DNA of 32,000 bases from Hyperthermus butylicus DSM 5456 (GCF_000015145.1 NC_008818.1:60001-92000); one strand, 5' to 3'. Shown: positions 1 to 8,506, counted from the first letter of the stretch. Notes: a model not told the origin generated them from the letters alone. Program-made: numbers and translations.

Positions 1-1
1 C

Positions 2-70
2 GGTGCAGGTGGCATAATCCTTGGCCTAATAGCCCTCATAGCTGCAGCGCTAGCGCTTAGGAAGAAGTAG
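2..70 (+). CDS. 3' end of a CDS truncated by the window edge: C-terminal hydrophobic anchor plus basic tail (GAGGIILGLIALIAAALALRKK*)
   Basis: The frame starting at nt 2 is open from the window edge to TAG at 68-70. The anchor-plus-basic-tail ending matches the C termini of the 270-2420 and 20350-22152 products. Confidence 0.35.
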   Translation, partial: GAGGIILGLIALIAAALALRKK

Positions 71-269
71 GTGGTAGGCGAGAGAATCGTTTCACAAGCA
101 TAGCTGTGCATCTGCCTAAGCACATCAACATTTTTCTTCATGCCCCATCATGCATGCTGTGATGTCTAACTGTTAGGCTTTGGAACATTGTATTTCCTTT
201 AGAGTTAATTTGTGCTCAAAGAATTTAGGGTAGAGTAGCCGTTCCTCCCCCTTCTTGGAGGGGGGGTAC

Positions 270-2420
270 ATGGCACCCCGTCTAGCTAGTTTAGCTGCTT
301 CTCTAACTATACTAGCACTCCTAATGCTACCTATTGCGGGGATTGTGCAGGTTTCAGCAACTGAGGAGAAGATCGTAGAAGTGACTATTCCAACACGTGC
401 CGTCAAAGCGGAGCTTGCCAAGGGCTTAATAGTATACCCTCGGCTTTCAGCGCCAGCCTTCGTAGAAGCTGGTGGCACGTTTAAGCTTGTAATCTCGCAG
501 CCTGCCACTGTTGAGAAGGTTGTTATAGACGACGGCTACGGGCACAGCTACGAGTGTAGTGTTGAAGCGATAAGTGATACACTCTACACTGTCAGAGTTC
601 CAAGCGATGCAGTAAAAGGAGTCTATGACCTCATAGTGTTCCTTAGCGATAAGGTTGTCGGTGAACCTCACGCGGTTTATGTTGGCAAATCCTCGGACTA
701 CAATGAGATGTTAATAGTACATATTAGCGATAGACACTTCGGAGTGGTAAATGCTAATGGTAGGGCTGCTGCAAACTATGACCTAGCAGTAGCCGTTATC
801 GCTCTGGGCCTGCCAGCAAACACTATAGTAATAGACACGGGTGATGTTGCAGACACGGCTAACGGCTACGAATACATGCAAAGCCTTGACGTTGACTTGC
901 TCCTCAACAAGCCTCTCATAGGGGTGCCAGGAAACCATGACCATGTAGCGGGCTCTAAACTCTACACGGTGTACAGGGGCCCATTCAACTACACGCTATC
1001 AATCTTCAACCTATACCGCATCGTGGGCATCGACAGTGGCAGCGAGGGCTACATATCGGATGACCAGGCCGAGTGGGCTCGCAGAATCCTTGAGTCCTCC
1101 CAAGAGCCCGTAACGATATTGCTATTCCATCATCCGCACTTCACTCACCTCTACGGCGAAGAGCCAACAGTCTTTAAGGCATCAACAGCCGACGAACTAT
1201 ATGAGATACTTGTATCAAATAAGCCTGACAGCACGTACACGTACATCTACTCAAGCTGGCTGGCAAACAATGAGTCGCTAAAGACACTCATTGAGGGTAT
1301 AATGGCTAACAAGGCTAAGCTGATACTCGTCCTAAGCGGCCATATACACATGGACTCCTATGCCCTAGTAGAGAGACCCGACGGCTCCAAGATACAGTAC
1401 ATCGTTACAACGTCGACGGGCGGAAGTGTCAGGACATACCGTAACGACTATCATGGCTTCAGAATAATCAAGGTAACAGCTGACGGAGGCCTAGAGATCT
1501 ACGGTGATGGCAAGCCCTGGGAGTTGCATGCAAGCTTCAGCACGGAGAACACCACGGTAGCCTATGTAACGGGGAAGAATGCAGTAGCAATGCTATTCAC
1601 GCTAGGAAACAGCAATGTTGCAAAACTCATGGAGAAGACCGTGCTAGCAGTACATGTACCTGAGGAGTTCGAAGGCAAAACTGTAAAGGCACTGTTGAAG
1701 GGCCTTGACCGTGTAGAGCTACGTTGTACACCACTGGGCTGCGTAGCCTACGGGATAGCTGATACACCACCCAAGGTAGGCTATACCTACAAGCTAGTAC
1801 TATACACTACTGAAGACCTGGAGCCCCCATCAATAACTGTTAAGAGGGTTACGCCGAAGTCGCCTACAATAGGTCGCCAAGTATCAATAACCTTTACTGT
1901 TAGTGATGACTCGTGGGGTGTAGCCAAGGTTCTAGTAACACTACAGTACGATGGCAAGAAGGTTGAGCTACTCCCGTCGAAGACTGGTGACGTATACCGC
2001 GTCGTATTACAAAAGCTAAACACTACAAAGGCAGTTGTAACAATAACAGCTATAGATGCTTCCGGTAAGGAGTCCAGCAAGACAATAACAATAGAATATC
2101 AGGCTCCACAACCTGTCGGGGAGCAACCAGCCCAGCAACCTACCGAGCAGCCCAAAGAGGAGATCACACAATCACAGCCAGCAGAAAATATGACTGAAAC
2201 AAAACCGGCAGAGAGTGCTGAGGAACAACCATCGCAACTTGTTGAGCAACCTGTCGAGGAACAGCCAGCCGAGACACCCCCTACAGCTACGACACCAACA
2301 ACACCAACAACACAGCCATCACCAGAAGCTAGCGGACCCAGCACTATGGTGATAGTATTGGTTGCCGTAGCTGTGGCTGTCGGGGCGGCAATATTCCTCT
2401 TGGCAGTCAGGAGGAGCTAG
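270..2420 (+). CDS. Secreted, membrane-anchored calcineurin-like metallophosphoesterase
   Basis: Metallophosphoesterase motifs are present in order: HISDRHFG, DTGDVAD, GNHDH, LFHHP, SGHIH. The N terminus is a signal-like hydrophobic segment (MAPRLASLAASLTILALLMLPIAG). The C terminus has a QP/PT-rich low-complexity linker (about nt 2100-2340), then a TM helix and an RRS tail. The track ORF begins at TTG 255, and ATG 270 is the more likely start. Confidence 0.8.
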   Translation: MAPRLASLAASLTILALLMLPIAGIVQVSATEEKIVEVTIPTRAVKAELAKGLIVYPRLSAPAFVEAGGTFKLVISQPATVEKVVIDDGYGHSYECSVEAISDTLYTVRVPSDAVKGVYDLIVFLSDKVVGEPHAVYVGKSSDYNEMLIVHISDRHFGVVNANGRAAANYDLAVAVIALGLPANTIVIDTGDVADTANGYEYMQSLDVDLLLNKPLIGVPGNHDHVAGSKLYTVYRGPFNYTLSIFNLYRIVGIDSGSEGYISDDQAEWARRILESSQEPVTILLFHHPHFTHLYGEEPTVFKASTADELYEILVSNKPDSTYTYIYSSWLANNESLKTLIEGIMANKAKLILVLSGHIHMDSYALVERPDGSKIQYIVTTSTGGSVRTYRNDYHGFRIIKVTADGGLEIYGDGKPWELHASFSTENTTVAYVTGKNAVAMLFTLGNSNVAKLMEKTVLAVHVPEEFEGKTVKALLKGLDRVELRCTPLGCVAYGIADTPPKVGYTYKLVLYTTEDLEPPSITVKRVTPKSPTIGRQVSITFTVSDDSWGVAKVLVTLQYDGKKVELLPSKTGDVYRVVLQKLNTTKAVVTITAIDASGKESSKTITIEYQAPQPVGEQPAQQPTEQPKEEITQSQPAENMTETKPAESAEEQPSQLVEQPVEEQPAETPPTATTPTTPTTQPSPEASGPSTMVIVLVAVAVAVGAAIFLLAVRRS

Positions 2421-2896
2421 CATAGCTTAGTAACATAGGGAGGTCCAGCCTCAACATACTTTTTTATAAGGAACTCATTAACGTCATGTAATTCAACTAT
2501 GTTTGGTACCGATAAGAATCGATATATGTTGCTACCTATGACTCCTGAGAGGTGCTCTGCAACGATATCTTCAAGTCTGGCCTCTAGCTCTCTTACGTCA
2601 GGCATATTGTTTGTTGAACAGCTAATAGCAAAGTCTATGTCCTTGTCTCCTAGTCCCTCGCTAGGCTCGCCACCGTGCATGTCTAGTCGGTAGACACTAC
2701 AGCCCGCTAGCTGGCAGATACACTCAGCAATAGCTTCGCCAATATAGCGCTTGGTTTGCTGCCACTCAAAGCTATCCCAGCGTGGTCTTTCACTACCCAG
2801 CACTAGGAGTCTCAGAAGCTGTGCGATCTTACTAGAGTACTTGCCAAGTCTATCTTGTACACAGCTTACAATTAGATCCTCGACACCACTTGCCAA
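2417..2896 (-). CDS. Minimal nucleotidyltransferase-fold (Pol-beta superfamily) protein, paralog A
   Basis: It carries the hG[GS]...DxD signature (MHGGEPSEGLGDKDIDFAI) and a later acidic strand (VELHDV). The N-terminal helical region aligns by eye with the neighbouring ORF (FEWQQTKRYIGEAIAECICQ versus LEWARFKRQLAEVAAKCLAK). The start codon is TTG. Confidence 0.55.
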   Translation of the reverse strand: MASGVEDLIVSCVQDRLGKYSSKIAQLLRLLVLGSERPRWDSFEWQQTKRYIGEAIAECICQLAGCSVYRLDMHGGEPSEGLGDKDIDFAISCSTNNMPDVRELEARLEDIVAEHLSGVIGSNIYRFLSVPNIVELHDVNEFLIKKYVEAGPPYVTKLC

Positions 2897-2964
2897 GGGA
2901 GGTAGAGCCCTAACCTGAGAGCCAGAAGGAGGGGTACATAAAGCTCTACTATTACGCGGGGCGG

Positions 2965-3420
2965 TTACGGGTATATCCTTATAGCGTTGCTTAGAAGCGT
3001 CTTGGACCCGTATATGCCGCGTTTGCTGACGTGTATTTCGAATAGACTTGGTGCAGTTGTATACTTAAGCGCGTCTATCCCGGCTAGGTGTATTAGCTTC
3101 GAGAGTATGGCTTCGAAAGTCTCTGTAAGCTCCTCGGGATTATTGACACGGCTCTCATCTACCACAAGGAATAGATCCACATCCCGTCCCACACCATCTT
3201 CGGCGAGATCAATATAGTATATCTCCTTTATCGCGTTGGGCACGAACTTTGCAAGGCATTTTGCAGCAACCTCGGCTAGCTGACGCTTAAACCGAGCCCA
3301 CTCCAGAAGGTATGTTTCGAAGGGCTCGCCCCTCCTTGGCAGCAGTGGTTTGAGCTTCCGGACGCTCTGTAGACACTCTCCCACGCCGGCATCAACGTGC
3401 TCAAGCTCGGCTGGTCCCAC
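2965..3420 (-). CDS. Minimal nucleotidyltransferase-fold (Pol-beta superfamily) protein, paralog B
   Basis: It has the motif DGVGRDVDLFLVVDE followed by FEIHVS, with the same domain order and length as the adjacent 2417-2896 ORF. The start codon is GTG. Confidence 0.55.
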   Translation of the reverse strand: MGPAELEHVDAGVGECLQSVRKLKPLLPRRGEPFETYLLEWARFKRQLAEVAAKCLAKFVPNAIKEIYYIDLAEDGVGRDVDLFLVVDESRVNNPEELTETFEAILSKLIHLAGIDALKYTTAPSLFEIHVSKRGIYGSKTLLSNAIRIYP

Positions 3421-3554
3421 AGATAGTCCACCAGACTATAGCTTTGCTCAGCAAAACCCCTATAAGCTTTCCCCACAACATTATACATGTTAAATAGTGT
3501 TAGTCGTCTAGATTATAGGCTTGTGGACCACAGCGGGGTAAGGGGGTTCTAGGG

Positions 3555-4454
3555 ATGGTGCTGCTAGCATTGACATATAAGAAGCTCGTGCCAAGAGACT
3601 TCAAAGTATTGCAAGTAATCGAGAGGGAGATGCCACGCTATGAGTATGTTCCGGTAGAACTTATAGAGCGAAGGCTTAGAATGCCTTCGAGCCATGTGGC
3701 TATGAGCTTACAGAAGCTCAACCAGCTAAAACTGGTGAGAAGGAGGCTAGGCGAGTATGTGGGCTACCGCCTAACCTACATGGGGCTGGACATGCTAGCC
3801 ATACACTCGCTTGTAGAGCGCGGTATCCTACATGCATTGGGGGACAAACTCGGTGTTGGCAAAGAGAGCGATGTATACTCTGGGCTAACACCTACCGGGG
3901 AGAGGGTCATAGTAAAATTCCATCGTGTGGGAAGGACAAGCTTTCAGCGCGTTGTAAGAGTTAGAACTTACGCTGCTGATAGGCCATATGCAACCTGGCT
4001 ACAGATAGCCAAGGTTGCTGGGCAGCGGGAGTACCGGGTATTAGAGGAACTCTATCGCGAGGGCGCGCTTGTACCGAAGCCGCTGGGATATAGCAGACAT
4101 GCAGTTGTAACAGAATATCTTGAGGGTGTTGAGCTATACTTGTACAAGGACCCTATAGACCCGGAGTCCATGCTGCAGAGGATACTTGAGACTCTACGTA
4201 AGGCTTACCTAGACGTAGGCATAGTACATGGAGACCTAAGTGAGTATAATGTGCTTGTTGTGATAGAGGATGAGGAGGAGAAGCCGTATATTATAGACTG
4301 GCCACAATACGTTGAGCGAGAACATCCATCAGCAGAGCAGCTACTTCGCCGCGATGTGGAGTACATCGTAAGGTTCTTCCGTAAAAAGTATGGCGTAGAG
4401 GTTGATGCTGAGAAAGCACTTAAATACGTTAAGGGTGAGGTTGAAACTGTCTAG
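3555..4454 (+). CDS. rio2: RIO-type serine/threonine protein kinase Rio2 (N-terminal winged helix plus RIO domain)
   Basis: The sequence contains GVGKESDVY, VKFHRVGRTSF, VHGDLSEYNVLV and IIDWPQ. The N-terminal roughly 90 aa look like a wHTH, as is typical of Rio2. Confidence 0.85.
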   Translation: MVLLALTYKKLVPRDFKVLQVIEREMPRYEYVPVELIERRLRMPSSHVAMSLQKLNQLKLVRRRLGEYVGYRLTYMGLDMLAIHSLVERGILHALGDKLGVGKESDVYSGLTPTGERVIVKFHRVGRTSFQRVVRVRTYAADRPYATWLQIAKVAGQREYRVLEELYREGALVPKPLGYSRHAVVTEYLEGVELYLYKDPIDPESMLQRILETLRKAYLDVGIVHGDLSEYNVLVVIEDEEEKPYIIDWPQYVEREHPSAEQLLRRDVEYIVRFFRKKYGVEVDAEKALKYVKGEVETV

Positions 4455-4599
4455 CGTGTCTCTGGTTTACAGTCCTATCATTAGGGAACCATACTAGTCT
4501 TGACTTATAAAATGAAACAAATATTTATGCTACTGGTTTCCTTGAAGCGTAGACCTAAAAAACGTGTAACAGCAATAAGACTATGTTTGGGTGGTGTAA

Positions 4600-4974
4600 A
4601 TGGCTTCAGCCCCGGAGAATGAGGTAAAAGGTAGGGAGGAAACCATAAAGGAGGGAATTATGGAGAAGGATGGTGTTCTCGTAGTATCCGGTGAGGACTA
4701 TATCTACCGTGTGTGTAGTGCTCTAGCAAGCCCAACGAGGATTAGAATACTCATAGAACTCTTGCGACGTGAGGCAGACATAGGCGAAATAGCCGACATG
4801 ATAGGTCAAAGCAAGGCTAATGCATCTACACAAGTGAGAAGGCTCGAGGAAATAGGCCTAGTACGCTCCGAGTACAAGCCCGGCGTGAGGGGAGTAAGGA
4901 AGGTGGCCAAGACAACTGTTAGAGAGATACGCATAGTACTTGCACCCCCTGAACAAGAAGAACAGCAACATTGA
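4600..4974 (+). CDS. ArsR/SmtB-family HTH transcriptional regulator
   Basis: The segment ALASPTRIRILIELLRREADIGEIADMIGQSKANASTQVRRLEEIGLV follows the ArsR-type wHTH pattern. AT-rich TATA-like boxes lie upstream at 4505-4540. Confidence 0.7.
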   Translation: MASAPENEVKGREETIKEGIMEKDGVLVVSGEDYIYRVCSALASPTRIRILIELLRREADIGEIADMIGQSKANASTQVRRLEEIGLVRSEYKPGVRGVRKVAKTTVREIRIVLAPPEQEEQQH

Positions 4975-5063
4975 CAATTAGTCCGAACTGTAAACGCTAC
5001 GAAAGCTAAGTTTATAGCCTGCGCACGTGGCCTCTTTACCCAATACTATGGAGAGTGTTGGTC

Positions 5064-5141
5064 GGGCCCGTCGTCTAGCCTGGTTAGGACGCCGCCCTGA
5101 CACGGCGGAGGTCCGGGGTTCAAATCCCCGCGGGCCCACCA
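5064..5141 (+). tRNA. tRNA-Val (anticodon GAC), genomically encoded CCA
   Basis: The cloverleaf folds by hand. The acceptor stem is GGGCCCG/CGGGCCC and the D arm is GTCT/GGAC. The anticodon arm is CCGCC-CTGACAC-GGCGG, the variable loop is AGGTC, and the T arm is CGGGG-TTCAAAT-CCCCG. The discriminator is A, followed by CCA. A TTTATA box lies at 5011-5016. Confidence 0.9.
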
Positions 5142-5448
5142 CTCATACTCCCCAAATTACCTCCTTGCAGGACATAACATCACGGTAGCGGAAACTCAAA
5201 AGGTAGCACAAGAGTCACCAACACAACACGGGACACAGATTATGAGCATAGTGGACAGCACAGTAAGGATGCTAGAACCCCTACCACAAGCACAAAGACT
5301 AGAACAGGATGAGCGAAAGTAAGCCAGTGGCAAGAGAGGGCGAACTAATAAAGAAGGTTAGTAAGCTAAGTCAACCTAGCTAAGAGGAAAAACACGTCCC
5401 TCCCCTACTAGCCAGGTACTCAAAGCAACAACGGACAGTGCATGACAT

Positions 5449-5820
5449 CTACCTCCTCCGAAGTCTTCTAGCAGCATAGGCTGAGGCGGCAAGCACAGCT
5501 GCAACAGCCGCAAAAGACAGGTAGTCCTCTATGCCTCTATGGAATAACTTGTAGTCCGGTAAGCTCAAGAGTAGTTGCACAGTCTCAGGGTAGGGTTTAA
5601 CATCCTCAAGTAATAGCACATGCGTTCTATTAATTGGCAACTCTATATTGTAACCAGCAACGAGATAGTGGCGTTTAAAGAGTAGTTCGGGCTTACCGTC
5701 GGGAGCAGCTAATATCAACACAACCATGTAGGGATAAGCGTTGCTGGAGGAGACAATGTAGCATCCATGTTCGGGGCACATTAGTGGTTTACCGTTAAAT
5801 ACTGGCTTTAACTTCTCCAC
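5449..5820 (-). CDS. Hypothetical protein with a C-terminal TM anchor and RRLRRR tail (tail-anchored type)
   Basis: This 123-aa ORF starts at GTG, has no recognisable motifs, and ends in FAAVAAVLAASAYAARRLRRR. It is the last gene of an AT-rich minus-strand cassette. Confidence 0.4.
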   Translation of the reverse strand: MEKLKPVFNGKPLMCPEHGCYIVSSSNAYPYMVVLILAAPDGKPELLFKRHYLVAGYNIELPINRTHVLLLEDVKPYPETVQLLLSLPDYKLFHRGIEDYLSFAAVAAVLAASAYAARRLRRR

Positions 5821-5898
5821 AACCTCTTCAGTTAGCTCAATAGTGGAATATAGTGGGAAGAACCCTAACTCCTTAAAGTTGACAACATAGCTACTCTC

Positions 5899-6246
5899 TT
5901 AGTCCACCACATAGTACGCTTTAATAGAAGTATTTACATTACCATACATTATCTGGTAGTAATCCTCTAAGCTAAGATTTAGTGGCATACTTAAATGATA
6001 GATCCTCGCTAAAACCTTAAACTCGTCAAATGTAGGCCCTCTAAGGATAAGCAATACGGTTGTTTTATCGTCACTAGTATTAGCAATATGCAGCTCAAGC
6101 GTATAGAAGACATTCCTTAACACAGTCTTGTTTTTCGACTTATCAAAGAGTTCAAAGCTGCAGAAATACTTGAGTAACCTAGTGTCCACACCCGGCTCAT
6201 CAGCCGTTCGTGCTTTCACTGTGAGACCGGAAAGGGACAGAAACAA
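5899..6246 (-). CDS. Hypothetical protein
   Basis: This 115-aa ORF starts at TTG and lies in a segment of about 33% GC (hand count of 5881-6000). No motifs were recognised. Confidence 0.35.
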   Translation of the reverse strand: MFLSLSGLTVKARTADEPGVDTRLLKYFCSFELFDKSKNKTVLRNVFYTLELHIANTSDDKTTVLLILRGPTFDEFKVLARIYHLSMPLNLSLEDYYQIMYGNVNTSIKAYYVVD

Positions 6247-6370
6247 ACATAAGCAGTATGAGGAGTGAGAGAAGGGCTAATCGAAAACCCCTCTCGTGGA
6301 GCTGTACTCCACTCCCCCCACCCCACTACGTTTCCCTTTCAGCTTTCAAGTAGCGTTTAGTTTAAGCTAG

Positions 6371-6661
6371 TCAACCTATGGTTAGGCTTACAACAGACGA
6401 GGCGTCAGGGCTGAAGTAGTGTTTGTCGTCGAAGCATGGTATGCCCGTCTTCTCGATGTATCCATTAGCCTTAAATGTTACTCTTCTTGCTATTATCCGA
6501 TAACAGCTAACATACTCTGTAAACTGTTTTGTCTGACTGTTGATCACTAGTTTGTGGTCGCAAGTCCACCAATCATGATTCTTTATCGCTCTTGCCGTAT
6601 CATATCCTACAGCCCAGTCTCTAGCCTGTGGTATATAGGCTGCAAATATACCGGATGACAT
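6371..6661 (-). CDS. Hypothetical protein
   Basis: This 96-aa ORF has an ATG start that directly abuts a duplicated TATA-containing 16-mer. No motifs were recognised. Confidence 0.4.
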   Translation of the reverse strand: MSSGIFAAYIPQARDWAVGYDTARAIKNHDWWTCDHKLVINSQTKQFTEYVSCYRIIARRVTFKANGYIEKTGIPCFDDKHYFSPDASSVVSLTIG

Positions 6662-6693
6662 TGCTATATATGATGTATGCTATATATGATGTA
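6662..6693. repeat. Perfect tandem duplication of a 16-mer (TGCTATATATGATGTA x2) containing a TATA-like core
   Basis: Read directly: 6662-6677 is identical to 6678-6693. On the minus strand the repeat reads TACATCATATATAGCA x2 and sits immediately 5' of the ATG of the 6371-6661 ORF. Confidence 0.9.
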
Positions 6694-6949
6694 CTACCCG
6701 GCACGAACACCTTTATGCTCACAGTTGCACCACCATAGCTTAGTGCGAGGCTAACATGCCCGATAACGATATCAGGGCCAGGAGTGTTAGCCTTGAAGTG
6801 TGCCCGCCCTCCACATGAACACTTCTACCAGCACCTTAGCACACTCCAGAGAGAAAATCATGCAACGTATCCATCGTACTGTCCACAGAGCGTCACCACA
6901 TAGAGCGGCTTGGACAAAATTAAGGCTCCTATATCTATAATTCCAGCAT

Positions 6950-7621
6950 ATGATTTTGGTGAGCTTGGTAGCCAGTCTCCAGGTTCACAAGTTCTGGGCA
7001 GTAGCCAGAGAGCTAGGCCTGGACTGCGAGCCCGGCATAATCGAGCAACATTATCGACCTCATGATCGATTGTCCCGTAACTTCTGCCCAGAGGACAGCT
7101 ACCTTTACGACCTGACTGCTATCGAGCAGCCAAAGTGGTGCAAGGGGCCCCGCTACAAGCCGGACAAGAAGTACCTTGAAAGGCTCCAGCGTTGGCAAGA
7201 ATACTGTAACATTGCCTACTATAGCTGTCTCTCAAAGAAGCAGTGGGAAGGACTAACCTACAAGCAGGCTAGAGAGATATGCCAGGCGTACGAATTGATA
7301 CCCAAGCCCGGAGTTTCGATCCCCCTGTTGGCTCCCACACGACCTCAAATAGAAAAATGGGGTAAGAACTGTCACACAACCTATATCGATCTGGGCCGTG
7401 TTCTTGCAGCCTTACTGTGTACGGAGCATGTTGAAGGAGGCCTCTGTACTGATGAGGCTATACTTGCGCGGGACAACTGCTGCAAGTACCTGGTGGACCT
7501 GCACGTGGTCCTAGACCTGGCCAGCAAGGGTGTCTGCAGAAGCCCCGAAGACTGTAAACGGTGGAGCCAGGAGTGCAGGGACCTAGCAAGTGAAGTGTTG
7601 GAGTTCGTCGAACGGTGCTAG
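6950..7621 (+). CDS. Hypothetical Cys/Trp-rich protein
   Basis: This 223-aa ORF starts at ATG, with a TATA-like CTATATCTATAA about 25 nt upstream. It has about 16 Cys scattered through it, including CC and CxxxC pairs. There is no signal peptide and no motif I recognise. Confidence 0.45.
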   Translation: MILVSLVASLQVHKFWAVARELGLDCEPGIIEQHYRPHDRLSRNFCPEDSYLYDLTAIEQPKWCKGPRYKPDKKYLERLQRWQEYCNIAYYSCLSKKQWEGLTYKQAREICQAYELIPKPGVSIPLLAPTRPQIEKWGKNCHTTYIDLGRVLAALLCTEHVEGGLCTDEAILARDNCCKYLVDLHVVLDLASKGVCRSPEDCKRWSQECRDLASEVLEFVERC

Positions 7622-7739
7622 AGCGAGATACTCCAAACGCTAAGAAGGAACGGGTAATTGCAGCTATTCTATTTCTTTTGCTGTGCTAGCAGCGTGCGGG
7701 AGCCGAGAGTCATGGGGAGAGTGTGGAGTGTAGGTTGCT

Positions 7740-8267
7740 GTGGGGCGTGGTTTCTGTGCGTTGGAGGTTCTCGGCGTAGACGCTGACACCCTCGCGGGGC
7801 GGCTCCTTGAGGCAGTGGAGCGCGCCAAGGAGAGACTTGAGGAGTGCCCTAGTGGCGATGCCGAACTGTGCCGCATGCTGCGGAGGAGGCTCGATGAGCT
7901 TCTCGGGGCTAGCAGGCTCGCCATTACCCCCGCACTAGTCGTCGACGAGGAGGGCGAGACCGTCAATGCGTTCTATGTTGAGGGCCGTACGGGGGACACT
8001 GGCTGGATAGTCTTCTCGCCCCACACCCTGGCAGACCCCGACTACGTTGCACACATACTCCTCCACGAGCTTGTCCACGCACTCGGCCTAGAAAACGAGG
8101 ATGAAACCGAGGCACTAGCACTCTTTGCCGAGAACCAAATCGACATCCCGGAGCCTCCGCCGCCAGTAAGGGAGGCCGAGCACAAGCTACGACGGGCAAG
8201 TTGCATGCTGACGGAGCAGGAGATCACAAGCCCGGACATTACGGTGCTCATAGTGGAAGCCCGGTAG
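7740..8267 (+). CDS. Small putative zinc metallopeptidase (HExxH)
   Basis: The only motif is HILLHELVHALGLENEDE. The ORF starts at GTG and is GC-rich. The family is not identified. Confidence 0.35.
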   Translation: MGRGFCALEVLGVDADTLAGRLLEAVERAKERLEECPSGDAELCRMLRRRLDELLGASRLAITPALVVDEEGETVNAFYVEGRTGDTGWIVFSPHTLADPDYVAHILLHELVHALGLENEDETEALALFAENQIDIPEPPPPVREAEHKLRRASCMLTEQEITSPDITVLIVEAR

Positions 8268-8506
8268 ACCACTGGAGTACATTGTGCCGTAATGGCGTAT
8301 GCATGGACTAGAGCTGGATGTCTATCTTTCTCGTTCACCCTTTGTCTTGCCGGGCTGACCTATAGTTCGCAGTATATTTCGGCTACCACGCTAACTAGCG
8401 CTCCTGGCGCTGCGTAGCTTCAGCCACGAGGACGGGGACGGAGCTAGCATAGCTTTATGGGTACGTGTTGGGGCTTATACCTGGTGGGTTGCTGGAAGCC
8501 TTGTCA

